This document shows, one piece after another, positions 25,456-38,694 of a DNA stretch of 64,000 nt. Within the stretch, counting starts at the first letter, position 1; every line of letters starts with the position of its first letter. The notes below the pieces were generated by a model. It did no database searches and was not told where the DNA came from. It saw nothing but the letters and a program-made list of their open reading frames with translations. Location: assembly GCA_951406725.2 (NCBI GenBank), contig OX597815.1, positions 189,224,001 through 189,288,000 of the forward strand, read 5' to 3'. A program made the position numbers and the translations under genes. The stretch is from Octopus vulgaris (taxonomy: Eukaryota).

Positions 25456-26569
25456 TAGTGTCTGTCTTCCATGCTGGCATGGGTTGGATGGTTTGGACTA
25501 GAACTGGTAAGCCAGAGAGCTGTGCCATGGTTCCAGTCTGATTTGTCATCATTTCTACTATGGCTGGATGCCCTTCCCAACACCAACCACTGTGTAGAAG
25601 GTTTCTTTTATGCATCAACCACATGGGTGCCTTTTATATGTCACCAGTACTGACCACGACTATGATTTCACCTAGCTTGACATTTCTTCTCAAGCACAGT
25701 AAATTGCCAAAAGCCTAAACCATTTATCCCCTCTGTATATTATCATGATTTTGAAACACAGTATCATGAGACCCAATCATGCCATGTCTTCTTCTGTAAA
25801 AGATACTCACTTACCAACGAGATATCACACATTTCCTTTCAAAGATATTAGCCAGCTGGCAGAAACGTTAGCACGCCGGGCGAAATGCGTAGCCATATTT
25901 CTCTGCTGTTATGTTCTGAGTTCAAATTCCGCCGAGGTTGACTTTGCCTTTCATCCTTTCGGGGTCGATTAAATAAGTACCAGTTACACACTGGGGTCGA
26001 TATAATTGACTTAATCCGTTTGTCTGTCCTTGTTTGTCCTCTCTGTGTTTAGCCCCTTGTGGGTAGTAAAGAAATAAATATTAGCCACCCGATTCGCAGT
26101 TCTGTACCAATGTAACTTCATCAGCTGAAGCTATCAATGATCAGCTGCTCTTTTAACTCACCTTTAACAAGTCCATCTTTTATGTGAGTTAATATTATAC
26201 AGGGTATCTAAAATGTCTGTGTACAATTTTATATATCGATATCTTGGTATGTATATTTGATAGAACAGATCTATAAAAATGTTAAGAAAGCTTGATGTGT
26301 CTAGACTTTTTTCTTGTCTTTAAAAAATGTGTTTATTATTTGTTTTGCTTATTATATTTTGATCATACTTTATCTATTTCTTGAAACTTAGGTGCAGGAG
26401 TGGCTGTGTGGTAAGTAGTTTCGGGTTCAGTCTCACTGTGTGTGCCACCTTGAGCAAGTGTCTTCTCCTATACCCTCAGGCCGACCAAAGCCTTGTGAGT
26501 GGATTTGGTAGACAGAAACTGGAAGAAGCCCGTTGTATATGTCTGTATATATATATATATATATATATA

Positions 26570-26673
26570 CTTTATTTAAAGCAGCAGAAAATTCAACAAA
26601 AACTGTCCGATGAACGGCAACGGGAAACTCAGAGTAACAGGTTTTGTTGAATTTTCTGCTGCTTTAAATAAAG
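26570..26673 (+). ncRNA. Hammerhead-like core capping a 37-bp hairpin
   Basis: Arms 26570-26606 and 26637-26673 pair at 36/37 positions; the loop is CCGATGA-ACG GCAA CGG-GAAA-CTCAGAG-TA. Confidence 0.7.
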
Positions 26674-27227
26674 CATATTACTCTACCACTGGTATTTGAG
26701 TACTCTTTTTTCCACCTTGTTTCACATTTATGTGTTTACTCCGGTATATATATATATATATATACATATGTTTGTGTATATGTTTGTGTGTCTGTGCTTG
26801 TTCCCCCCAACATCGCTTGACAACTGATGCTGGTGTGTTTACATCCCTATAACTTAGTGGTTCAGTAAAAGTGACCGATAGAATAAGTACTAGGCTTTAC
26901 AAAAAAATAAACACTGGGGTCAATTTGCTCAACTAAAGGCGGTGCTCCAGCATGGCCACAGTAAAATGAGTGAAACAGGTAAAAGAATAAACTTCAAAAT
27001 GAGGTTTTTTTTTTTTTTTGGTAGAATTGCTGTTTGGCAGAATCGTTGTTCACTGGAAGAGAAAGTAAACTGTATTCTTTGGCTGGCTGAACTAAAATCT
27101 ACCATCACTGTCCAAAGAAGATTTAGAACTCGTTACAATAAAGAAGCAACACACAGTAAAAAGTAATGTTTATTCAACTAAACCTTCATCTTTAGAAGAC
27201 TTGCAAACTAGGATGAATAATGCAATA

Positions 27228-27617
27228 TCTCTATATATAAAGCTGAAGTTGTCTGTGTATGGCAGATTTGGTAGCCTTCAACTAACACTATCTCCTCTGA
27301 GAAACTGCTGCGCTAGTTGACCAAAATTGAGAGTATGATAGAAGAAGGCTTGCTCTTACTTCCGTAGAAGAAAAAATTCAAATCAGACCATGTTAAGACC
27401 AAAAATTATTTACATCAAAAAGGTGCTTTTTTTCTATGAAAATCACTATTTTTTACGATTTTTTGACTGCTGTGTCGCCATTTTTCGGTGTATTTCAACC
27501 AGAAAAATGTTCACTTAAAGAGAATAACAAGCTACATAATGCAACATTTTTACTTTTCAAAAATTCCAATTCTAAAAGGTCGAAACCACCCCAAGCAACG
27601 CTGGGCGATACTACTAG
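27228..27617 (+). mobile_element. Non-autonomous Helitron, full-length
   Basis: A|TC start, subterminal hairpin CCCAAGC-AAC-GCTGGG, CTAG|T end, no TSD. Confidence 0.85.
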
Positions 27618-28711
27618 TTAGATGATATTACTAAAAACAAATAGCAAAATATTTTGCACGACCTACAGAATCATATTACTGTTTGTATACATAATGATGG
27701 TGGACATGCTGAAAAATAACAATCTCAATGATAATTTTAAATACTTGTCCTTTCTTATCATTTTTGCAGATTAATTCTGTCATGTATAGTTACAGAGTTA
27801 CAAATATTTTAAATTGCACCACATGGACTTTATAGACATCCTGTTCATAGGGAACTGATTATTGTTATCTCTCTTCTCACTCATTTCTGCGAGTCTTTTA
27901 CATTCACTGCACTTGATGCCTTAGTATATAGCATCATAGAATCTCATACAGGCTTCAAAGTTTCTGTCTTTTGTAGACCAAATATTTTTGTTTTCCCCCC
28001 AATGGCAACATTAACTCACCAAACTTCTTCCACCTCTTTCTTACTGTGGTGTATGCAGGAGATTTGAAATAGGGACACCTACCTTCTCTGCATTGATGCA
28101 GACCTCTCCAGCGGTAATGCACCCTTCCACGTGGCCCGACCCGAACGCTAAAAATAGCAGCTGCTTTTCCCCTACCTTGACAAAGTGCTCACACATCCAG
28201 CTCTGTTGGCTACCCTGACTGGAAAAGGCCCTATGCTCCCCTGCCTGCGCAATGATAAAATGAATTCTATGCAATACTGAGAGGATTTGCTAAATGATGA
28301 TGATTATGATGATGATGATGATGATGATTTACAAAGTAAGAAATGAAACTGAGGACAGATCTTTGATGACCACCTACCTGGGCACTAAATTCTTCACTGA
28401 ATTTACTGTTGGCTTTTGCTTGGTGCACAGCTTTATGGGTAAAGGGCTTGCTTCCCAGCCATATGGTCTTGTCTTCAGACCCACTGTCTAGCACCCAGGC
28501 AAGACATTTTCACTATAGCTTCAAGCCAAGCAAAGCCTTGTGAGTGGATAATTTACAAAGAAACTGAAAGAAACTTGCTGTTGTTATGGTGTATGTGTGT
28601 GTGTGTGTGTGTTTGTGCGTGTGCATGCATGTGTGTGTTTGCGTCTGTGCTGGGGTTTTTTACATCCTTGTAACTCTGCGTCTTGGCAAAAGAGACTGAT
28701 AGGATAAGTAT

Positions 28712-29265
28712 AAAATTTTTTTTTAAAATCATAAGTCCTGGAGTCGATTTGTTTGACTAAACCCTTCAAGGCAATCAATGCTCCAGCATGGCTGTAGTCT
28801 GGTGACTGAAACAAGTCAAAAGATAAAAGACTGAAAAACAATCTCACAAAGTCCTGGGTTTCCAAGCACTTTCCATACCAGAAAATACATTGCAAATTTT
28901 AAAAAAAAATCATAAGTCCTGGAGTCGATTTGTTTGATTAACCCCTTCAAGGCAATCAATGCTCCAGCATGGCTGCAGTCTGGTGACTGAAACAAGTCAA
29001 AAGATAAAAGACTGAAAAACAATCTCACAAAGTCCTGGGTTTCCAAGCACTTTCCATACCAGAAAATGCATTGCAAATTTTTTAAAAAAATCATAAGTCC
29101 TGGAGTCGATTTGTTTGATTAACCCCTTCAAGGCAATCAATGCTCCAGCATGGCTGCAGTCTGGTAACTGAAACAAGTCAATAGATAAAAGACTGAAAAA
29201 CGATCTCACAAAGTCGTTCCTCTGATCCTGGGTTTCCAAGCACTTTCCATACCAGAAAATGCATT
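28712..29265 (+). repeat. Tandem triplication, 181-bp period
   Basis: CATAAGTCCTGGAGTCGATT recurs at about 28730, 28911 and 29092. The unit is a SINE C-like 3' end plus flank. Confidence 0.93.
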
Positions 29266-30902
29266 ACTCTGTCAATGTCCTTCTTCAGCTTGATAAATGC
29301 AAAGTAGAATTATGTGTTCTGATCAAAGATAATTTATACTCTCATGTGATATTCTGATCGTAACCATTACTAACATGTTACTTCTATCATGTCTCAATGA
29401 CCAACCAATCAATTTTCCTGCCTATTATTCATTAGGTAAATTGGTTTGTCTTAATCATTTTGCATTAAATAGCTAGCGTATATCCTAAACAGCACTTCTC
29501 TTTCTTAGTCCTTCCACCCTAAACAGATGAAATATAAAAAGTTCTGGTTATTCTCAAAGACTATCCAGACAATGGCAGCCAAGGCTAATTCTCTCAGACC
29601 TCTGCCAGTAGTTGAAAACATCTATTAGCTAAGGCAAGTATCATAAATACCTGTTTTTCATTTATATATCTTTATTCTATTTATAGCTAAGAGAAAACAA
29701 AAAACAAACAAAAAAAAGCTAAGCTTTATCTAAGTGATTTTAATCATTAATTTTAATTTAGGTATATAGAATGCTACAGAAAATTTAATTAATCTCCTCA
29801 GTTGTAAAATTCTTATGTCATCATTTTGAAGCCCTGCAATTAAAAGAGGATGTTTTATTAACGAATTATTGAATTAACACATAGAAAATAAACTGAAAAC
29901 TAGAAAAGAAATCAAGGCGGCAATAACCAAGAAACAACTAAACAGATAAGAGATATTGATTTCTTACAAAGACACAAAGTCTCAGATTTATAGAAAAAGA
30001 AAAATTGGAAATTCTAATGTCCATGCTGCTTCTTCTAAAAGTATTAATCATAAAAAAAAAAATGAAAAAAAGCTTTTTATGAAACTGATACGCTGGTTCA
30101 TATCACTGGGAATATTCTTTCTCTGCCTAACAGTCAATAATGACACAACCATTGATTCTTATATATATTTCTTTATTGCCCACAAGGGGCTAAACATAGA
30201 GGGGACAAACAAAGACAGATAAAGGGATTAAGTCGATTACATCGACCCCAGTGCAAAACTGGTACTTTATTTATCGACCCAGAAAGGATGAAAGGCAAAG
30301 TCGACCTGGGCGGAATTTGAACTCAGAACGTAATGGCAGATGAAATACGGCTACGCATTTTGCCCGGCATGCTAACGTTTCTGCCAGCTCACCACCTTTT
30401 GATTCTTATATAGTTTATATAAGGCTTGTGGAGGTGCAATGGCCCAGTGAATCCAATGGCAATGGACTCGTGGTTGTAGGATCGCAGTTTTGATTCCTAG
30501 ACCGAGCGTTGTGAGTGTTTATTGAGCGATAACACCTTAAGCTCCATGAGGCTCTGGCAGGGGATGGTGGTGAACCATACTGTATTCTTTCACCATAACT
30601 TTCTCTCGCTCTTTCTTCCTGTTTCTGTTGTACCTGTATTTCAAAGGGCCAGCCTTGTCACACTCTGTGTCATGCTGAGACTTACGTTAAGGGTACACAT
30701 GTCTGTGGAGTGCTCAGCATGTTAATTTCACAAGCAGGCTGTTCTGTTGATCAGAACTGGAACCCTCATCATCATAATTGATGGGGTGCCACAATATAAG
30801 GCTTAAATGGCAATGGAAAGTAAGTGAAAATTGTTATGTTTGATGCATATTTAATATTGTGAATATATGTGATATATGTATATAAATTTATACATACATA
30901 TA

Positions 30903-31478
30903 CACAGACATGCAGGAAGTAAATAGACACCTTTAATTTTCCAAATTTCTGATCTAAGCATCTTAAAATGTTTTCTGCAGTATAGAATTTACAATGTAAT
31001 TATTCCTTTTTATTCCAAGTGCAATTATATTAAATATTTTTGAAGAGAAATCATGCCACACACAAAAAATTCAGCAGAACTATCAGATTTCCAAAGAGGT
31101 CGTATTGTTGGGCAATCTGAGGCTGATCTTAGCCAGCGAAAAATTACTGAAAACCTTCAAATTCCTTTTGCTACTGTAAATAGAATTATAGTGCAATTCA
31201 AAAGTCAAGGAAAAGAATCAACAGACTCTCATCCCAGCCAACCTGGGCCCTCAGAAAAGAAGCTTTGCTGTTTGAAGAGAATTGTGGAAAACGAACACTG
31301 TTTGAAGGCTTCTGACGTTGCAAAACAGCTAGAAGTTAGTCCAAGAACGTGTGTTACATATCTGCATAAGCTTGGATATTATGGACGAGCAGCTAGAAGA
31401 AAACCTCTCCTTCAACCAATTAATATCAAATGAAAGATTTTGAAAATTAAAAGTGTGTTTACTTCCTGCATGTCTGTG
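30903..31478 (+). mobile_element. Internally deleted Tc1 element, both TIRs, TA TSD
   Basis: CACAGACATGCAGGAAGTAAA / TTTACTTCCTGCATGTCTGTG flanked by TA. Confidence 0.92.
31053..31433 (+). CDS. Tc1 transposase N-terminal DNA-binding region only (126 aa, no DDE domain)
   Basis: [12 protein letters not shown]...SQRKITENL...TVNRII...[17 protein letters not shown]. Confidence 0.85.
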   Translation: MPHTKNSAELSDFQRGRIVGQSEADLSQRKITENLQIPFATVNRIIVQFKSQGKESTDSHPSQPGPSEKKLCCLKRIVENEHCLKASDVAKQLEVSPRTCVTYLHKLGYYGRAARRKPLLQPINIK

Positions 31479-31512
31479 TATATATGCATACACAAACATG
31501 TACATGTATGCA

Positions 31513-32337
31513 CAGGATGCAATGGGTAAATTGTTGCCATTTTATATTTTTAATTTCATGCATGCACATTGTTTGGTTTTGATTTTGTTGACTACACAGT
31601 ATAGTAGGGTCAGTTGGGCACTGTCTGTGAGATAAACATCACCATGATGCAATGCACACTGCCAGAAATTTGGAAATGACATGTTATATTGCTTGGCATT
31701 CACACCGGAAGCTCCAATATGAACATTTCAGAGTGTTTGGGTGTCAATCTGAAGATAGTGCAATCAATCTGAGGACATGTGTTGAGAGTGATCACTAGTG
31801 ATGCTGACATTATGCCACCATTTTTCTTCCCACATGGCCTCACACTCAGCACGGAGGCCTACATCAAGTGCCTGTCGGAGATAGTGTTGCTCTGGCTACT
31901 GGAAGATCCTATGTCTCGTAACATGACTCTGCACCATACCACACAAGAAGAGAAGCCAGTCATGGCTGTCAGACAATTTCTGTGATTACATCACCCCTAA
32001 TATTTGGCCACCTAACTCCTCAGACTGCAACCCCCTTGATTATTATGTGTCGGGTACAGTGGAGCGAGAGACCAACAAAACTCCTTGTAACACCAAAGAT
32101 GAACTTATAGCAGCATTCACCAACTTAAACAAGGAGAGTGTCCAGAAGAGTTGCAGGACATTCCAAAGTCGTCTGGAGGCCATGGTTGAAACCAATGGCG
32201 AATTTATTGAATAAATTTACTCTTTAGTATTTCGAGATATTTCTATGTAACTTTGGTAAATATATCTGTTAAAATGAGATGTCAGTGTTATTTTCACTTT
32301 TGCGTAATTTAGACGACTGTTTATTCACTGCACCCTG
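31513..32337 (+). mobile_element. Deleted Tc1/mariner (maT/Tc3-like) element
   Basis: TIRs CAGGATGCAATGGGTAAA / TTTATTCACTGCACCCTG. Peptide IWPPNSSDCNPLDYYVSGTVERETNKTPCNTKDEL. Confidence 0.85.
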
Positions 32338-32375
32338 TATCCACACAACCACTTCACCCACCCCCCACACGTATG

Positions 32376-32430
<55 letters not shown>

Positions 32431-32595
32431 GCAAAGTCAGAAATCCAGAATCTAGAATTATCCAGTAATTTTTTACTTGTTTCATCTTGTCTCTTTGTTT
32501 TCTCTCCATGTTGATATATGGACAATTAAGGTGGTTTTAGAGTCAGATCATGGCTGCTATTTTCAGCATGGTGAAATCTCGTAGATACCCTAATT

Positions 32596-32648
<53 letters not shown>

Positions 32649-33429
32649 GAATAACATTATCTGAATGTTGAATATTTATGAGCAAGCCAATAAGAATAGG
32701 TTCAGTATTAAAAACAGATGTCAGAGGATTTCCATGGAAATGAATCTTTTAGATTAATATTAGAGAGAGAAAATAATCAGCATAAAAGATTTACAAGACA
32801 GAATTTTCCTTCATACTACTAAATAAAAATACACGACTTGTATTTGCTGTGACAATTAGAGGGGAAACGATGACTTGTTCAAAAAGCTTTTGCTTCTAGT
32901 AGATAAATTTAACACCTTGAAACAAAATGGCAGCTGGCTTGGCATATTTCTTCACAATTTTAAGCCTCCTGAACCTTAAATCCGAAAAATGTCTTTTGAG
33001 GAAATGAAACGGCAATAAACGAATAGAAAATCAATGTTTAGCTTTTAAGCTTTTCTTGGTTAGCATGGAGTCATCTCCCTTATTTATGGCTTGCTAACAC
33101 AGATAGACTGTAGTATGTGGGGGAGGTAGTTGCTATGCATGAATTGGGTTCAGAGAAGTGGCAAATATTATTAGATCATTCCTCAATGAAAAGAATGAAA
33201 CAAGAGGAATAGGACAAGATACCTTTGTAAGATATTGATTTTTGAGTCGAGTGAGAAAACAGGCAGATATATATGTGTGCGCCTGTTTAAACATCTGTGT
33301 AATATGCTGATGAATTAGTGGGGCACACAATGATCAGCATAGATGCACACAGCACAAATCTATATGTGTGTGTGTATATGTATTCTTAGATAAATATTTA
33401 TAGACTATATACTCACGCAATTGATATGA

Positions 33430-33735
33430 TATGTTTAAATACACATACACACATAAACACATATGTATATATATATATATATATATGCTATGCATATATA
33501 TATACACATAGATGTATATATATATGTATGTATATATATATATGTGTATGTATATATATATATATGTAGATATATATATATACACACATATATATAAATG
33601 TATGTATGTATGTATATGCATGTATATATACACATACATATACATATACATACATATATATAAATAAATATACATATATATATATGTATGTATATATACA
33701 TATATATGCAATATGCATGTATGTATATGTGTGTG

Positions 33736-33800
<65 letters not shown>

Positions 33801-34020
33801 ATGCATATATGCATGTATGTATGTATGTATGTATGTATGTATGTATGCATGTATATATATATGTGTGTGTGTATATATATACATATGCATATATGTAGAT
33901 GTGGATATGTTGGTATGTACGTTTGCATGTATAATATATATATATTTCTACTAAACATGTATACATATACAAACATACAAACGCATGCATACACACAGAT
34001 ACAAATACACACGCATGAAT
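33430..34020. repeat. Degenerate (TA)/(CA)/(TATG)/(GA) microsatellite field
   Basis: Direct reading. Confidence 0.95.
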
Positions 34021-34678
34021 ATCTGTCCAACTATAGCTTAGCTGGCTGAAATTTTGAAGTCACCATCAATAATATTCTTGTTTGAGAATAATTTGTACTC
34101 TACAAACATACAGAGCAAGCCATTAGATTAATGTGAAATTGTTATTATTACAACTGAACATAAAGACAAACATTAATATATATATATGTGTATATAAACA
34201 CACATTTGCGCACAAAGAAATACATATATGTATATATAATCTCTATTACTCTTTTACTTGTTTCAGTCATTTGACTGTGGCCATGCTGGAGCACCACCTT
34301 TTAGTCAAGCAAATCGACCCCAGGACTTATTCTTTGTAAGCCTAGTACTTATTCTATCGGTCTCTTTTGCTGAACCGCTAAGTAACAGGGACGTAAACAT
34401 ACCAGCATCGGTTGTCAAGTGAAGTTGGGGGGACAAACACAGACACACAAACACACACACACACACATATTTATATACATATATATATATATATATATAC
34501 GACAGGCTTCTTTCAGTTTCCGTCTACCAAATCCACTCACAAGGCTTTGGTCAGCCCGAGGCTATAGTAGAAGACACTTGCCCAAGGTGCCACGCAGTGG
34601 GACTGAACCTGGAACCGTGTGGTTGGTAAGCAAGCTACTTACCACACAGACACTCCTGCATCTATATATGTGTGTGTT

Positions 34679-34725
<47 letters not shown>

Positions 34726-35736
34726 ATATGTATGTTAGTATGTATTTATGGACATGTGTGTGTGTGTGTGGACATATGTTTGTGTGTATGTATGTATCTC
34801 TATATGTATAGGAGCACTCTGTCGGTTACGATGACAAGGGTCCCTGCTGATATGATCAACTGAACAGCTTGCTTGTGAAATTAATGTGCAAGTGGCTGAG
34901 CATTCCACAGACACATGTACCCCTAACGTAGTTCGCAGGGAGATTCAGTATGACACAGAGTGTGACAAGGCCGGCCCTTTGAAATACTGGTACAACTCAT
35001 ATTGACACAAAAGCTTTCAAGTGCCACCAGTCCATATGAGAGGTTCTCTTATGTTAAACAGTACTGTATTCTCTGTTCTAACAGAACTTGTAGAAGAAGA
35101 AGGTAAATATTTATTTCTTTATTGCCCACAAGGGGCTAAACATAGATGGGACAAGCAAGGACAGAAAAAGGGATTAAGTCAATTACATCAAACTCAGTAC
35201 ATGACTGGTACTTATTTAATCGACCCCGAGAAGACGAAAGGCAAAGTCAATCTTGGTGGAATTTGAACTCAGAACATAACGGCAGACAAAATACCACTAA
35301 GCATGTTAACGATTCTCTTCTACTCTAGACACAAGGCCTAGAAATTCTTGAGGAGGGTTCCAATCAATTAGATTGACCCTAGAACGCAACTGGTACTTAA
35401 TTTATCGACCCTGAGAGGATGAAAGACAAAGTTGGCCTTGGTGGAATTTGAACTCAGAACATAATGGCAAACGAAATACCGCTAAGCATTTCGCCCGGCA
35501 TGCTAAAGATTCCACCAGCTCGCCGCCTTAGTGGAAGATAAATATTATTTAATGGTATTAATTCTGCTTCTGTCGCTATTAATTAAAGTCTATTATTATT
35601 CTCAGGAAGTGCTATTGTAAAAGTAAAGTTCATCTCATGAAATGGTATACAATTTGTATATCGCTTTCCTTCCTTTCATTCTGTTTGCTAATATTTGGAT
35701 ATTTATTTTGACTTATCTCAACTTGTGTTCAGTACT

Positions 35737-36198
35737 ATGTGTGTCTGTGTGTACATGTATATGTTTGTGTGTTTGCATGTTTGTGTGTGTGTGTATGTGT
35801 TTGTGTGTTTGTGTGTATGTGTGTGTGTATGTTTGTCTGTGTATGTGTGTATGTGTGTGTTTGTGTGTGTATTCGTATGAGTGTGTTTGTGTGTGTATGT
35901 GTGTGTGTATGTGTATATAAGTGTGTGTGTGTATGTGTGTGTTTGTTTGTGTATGTGTGTGTATGTGTGTATGTTTGTGTGTTTATGTGTGTGTTTGTGT
36001 GTGTATGTGCATGAGTATGCATGTATGTGTATGAGTGTGTGTGTGTGTATGTGTGTGTGCTTTTGTGTGTGTTTGTGTGTGTATGTGTGTGTATGCTTGT
36101 GTATATGTGTGCGTATGTGTGTTTGTATGTATCTGTGTGTGTATGTGTGTAAGTGGGTGTTTGTATGTGTGCGTATGTGTGTGTTTGGGTGTGTGTAT
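35737..36198. repeat. Degenerate (TG)n array
   Basis: Direct reading. Confidence 0.95.
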
Positions 36199-36708
36199 CT
36201 AGTTTCAGCTCACGAGCTGTGGCCATGCTGGGGCACCGGCATTATGTATATCTATGTGTGTGTATGTGCATGTAAGTTGACACATATATGTTTGTAGTTT
36301 TGTTTTTACCTCTACAGTATTGTAGATGTCACTGTGATCTGGCCCCTAACTCCCCTTCTGCTGACCATCATAAACTCTCACCTAAGTATACCCTGTTATT
36401 CTATTCAGGAACTATCACTCTCTAAAATACAATATTGATTTCATGGAAAAGCACACAATTTTTGGAATGTCTTTCCATTTATTTTTATTCATATCTATTT
36501 CAACTTGTATTCAATGCTTTATATATATGTGTGTGTATTCTTTTCTACTCTAGGCACAAAGCCCGAAATTTTGGGAGAGGTGGGTGGGCAATCGATTAGA
36601 TCGACACCAGTATGCAACTGGTACTTAATTTATCGACCCTGAAAGGATGAAAGGCAAAGTCGATCTTGGTGGAATTTAAAATCAGGATGTAAAAACAGAC
36701 GAAATACT

Positions 36709-36941
36709 TATTTCTTTATTACCCACAAGGGGCTAAACACAGAGGGGACAAACAAGGACAGACATAGGTATTAAGTCGATTACATCGACCCCAGTGCATA
36801 ACTGGTACTTAATTTATCGACCCCGAAAGGATGAAAGGCAAAGTCAACCTCGGCGGAATTTGAACTCACAACGTAACGCAGACGAAATACCGCTAAGCAT
36901 TTCGCCCGGCATGCTAATGTTTCTGCCAGCTCGCCGCGTTA
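36709..36941 (-). mobile_element. Full SINE A nested in an older A-related SINE
   Basis: 12-bp TSD AGACGAAATACT at 36697-36708 and 36942-36953. Confidence 0.88.
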
Positions 36942-37507
36942 AGACGAAATACTGCTAAGCATTTCACCCGGCATGCTAACGATGAAATGTTTAGCAGTAT
37001 TTTGCCTGTCACCATGCTGAGAGTTTAAATTCCGCTGAGGTCGACTTTGCCTTTCATCCTTTTGGGGTTGATAAATTAAGTACCAGCAAAACACTGAGGT
37101 TGATGTAATCGATTATCCCGCTCCCTCAAATTTCAGGCCTTGTGCCTATAGTAGAAAGGATTATGTCATAACTTAATGCCAACAAATTTATAGATGGCAG
37201 AGCCATCTGTCATCGGTGATCTAGTAACTATTGTTGGATTATCAGCCTTGCACCGTTATGTAAATGAGTTTTGAGCCTAAGAACATTCTTGTTATCTTTT
37301 AAAAGATCTCTTTGATAGCTTCAGATTTGGTAACTAATGCAGTAAATCTTGTGAGAGAAACATTAGTAAATCCTGGTTAATTCTAAAATAACAATCTAAT
37401 TATTAATCTGATCATTATCCTAAATTACCAAAAACAAAAAAAAAAATGACTCAAAGGAATATAATTTCACAGCAATGTTAATTATAAACAGAGATGTTTC
37501 CATACAT

Positions 37508-38092
37508 TTAGTTAGTTAGTTAGTTAGTTAATATTTTGGCTCAAAAAGCAAAAAGCAAGGCCATGTAGGGGGACATGGAGTTATGTACAGGGTGGAGTTC
37601 ATGTAAAGAGTTCAGGCCACTTGAGATCAAGGGAGACTTTGAACAAAGCGGTCGTCGGCATCTTCACCATCTCGTCTGGCAGCTGGTTCCACGGATCCGT
37701 AACCCGGACGGAGAAAGCCCCTCTCCTTTGATTGAGATGAAATCGTCGCAGATAGAGCTTTTCGGAATGACCCCGCAGCCGACGCTCTGGAGCAGGAGTG
37801 AAGAACAGCTCTTTCGAGAGGTTACACTTTCCGCTTATGATGTTGTGAGCGAGAATGAGATCACCACGGCGGTGGTGTTTTTCTAGAGAATAAAGGTCGA
37901 GCATCTTCAGCCTTTCTTCATAAGACAAATTCTTGAGACCATGAACCATGCGGGTAGCCAGCTTCTGGACTCTTTCAAGATGCTGTATGTCTTTGAGGAA
38001 ATAAGGAGAAGAGGCTTGAATCCTGTACTCCAATATAGGTCTCACCAGCGTGACATAGAGCGGTAGGAATATAGCTGCTGTGAGCATTCCGA
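37508..38092 (-). mobile_element. CR1 LINE 3' end with (CTAA)n tail
   Basis: LYVTLVRPILEY..LERVQKLATRMV..LSYEERLKMLDLYSLE..RGDLI..LRGH..FSVRVTDPWNQLP. Confidence 0.95.
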
Positions 38093-38352
38093 ATTTATTC
38101 ATTTACTGGTTTCAGTAATTGAACTGTGACCAAGCTGGAGCCCCAACTTCATAGCTTTTAGTATCTATTTCAGTTTGATGCTTAACATGCATCTAAATTT
38201 ATCAAACGGCTCTATGCTAATGTTTTTGACAAGACACTACTTTTTAACCAGCAGTGTTGTATCAAACACATATACACAGTCACAAACATGGACACATACA
38301 TGTGTGTGTGTGCTTGTGTGCATCTGTGTATGTGTGTATGTGTATTTATATG

Positions 38353-38390
<38 letters not shown>

Positions 38391-38638
38391 TGTTTGGGGA
38401 AATTTCGAACCTGAGTTCTCATTCCTAAGGTATTTTTCACTGTTATTATTATCATTATCGGCCTTTGCCTTTCCCTTGGATAACATTGGTGGCATGGAGA
38501 GGGGAGGCCGGTATGCATGGGCGACTGCTGGTCTTCCATAAACAACCATGCCCAGACTTGTGACTAGGAGGGTAACTTTCTAGGTGCAATCCCATGGTCA
38601 GTGTCGAGACCGAATGGGGTCCTGGATCCCGGATATTA

Positions 38639-38694
<56 letters not shown>

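Larger units (their letters stand above)
26200..27843 (+). mobile_element. Deleted Tc1/mariner-superfamily element with nested insertions
   Basis: Degenerate TIRs CAGGGTATCTAAAATGTC / GACTTTATAGACATCCTG. Peptide EEKVNCILWLAELKSTITVQRRFRTRYNKEA (about 27055-27150) resembles the DUF4817-type N-terminal HTH. Confidence 0.75.

Noticed and set aside
26162-26207. Minus-strand exon-like segment with AAG|gtgagt donor
   Set aside because: Its acceptor lies within the Tc1/mariner TIR.
28041-28274. GC-richer 77-aa ORF; similar patches at 57940-58130 and 63360-63680
   Set aside because: Probably decayed LINE fragments, but the motifs are too weak to assign.
37575-37886. Plus-strand 103-aa ORF
   Set aside because: Antisense shadow of the CR1 ORF.
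38392-38430. Minus-strand AATGA-GAAC TCAG GTTC-GAAA-TTTC motif
   Set aside because: Core lacks CUG; at best a fossil too decayed to call.
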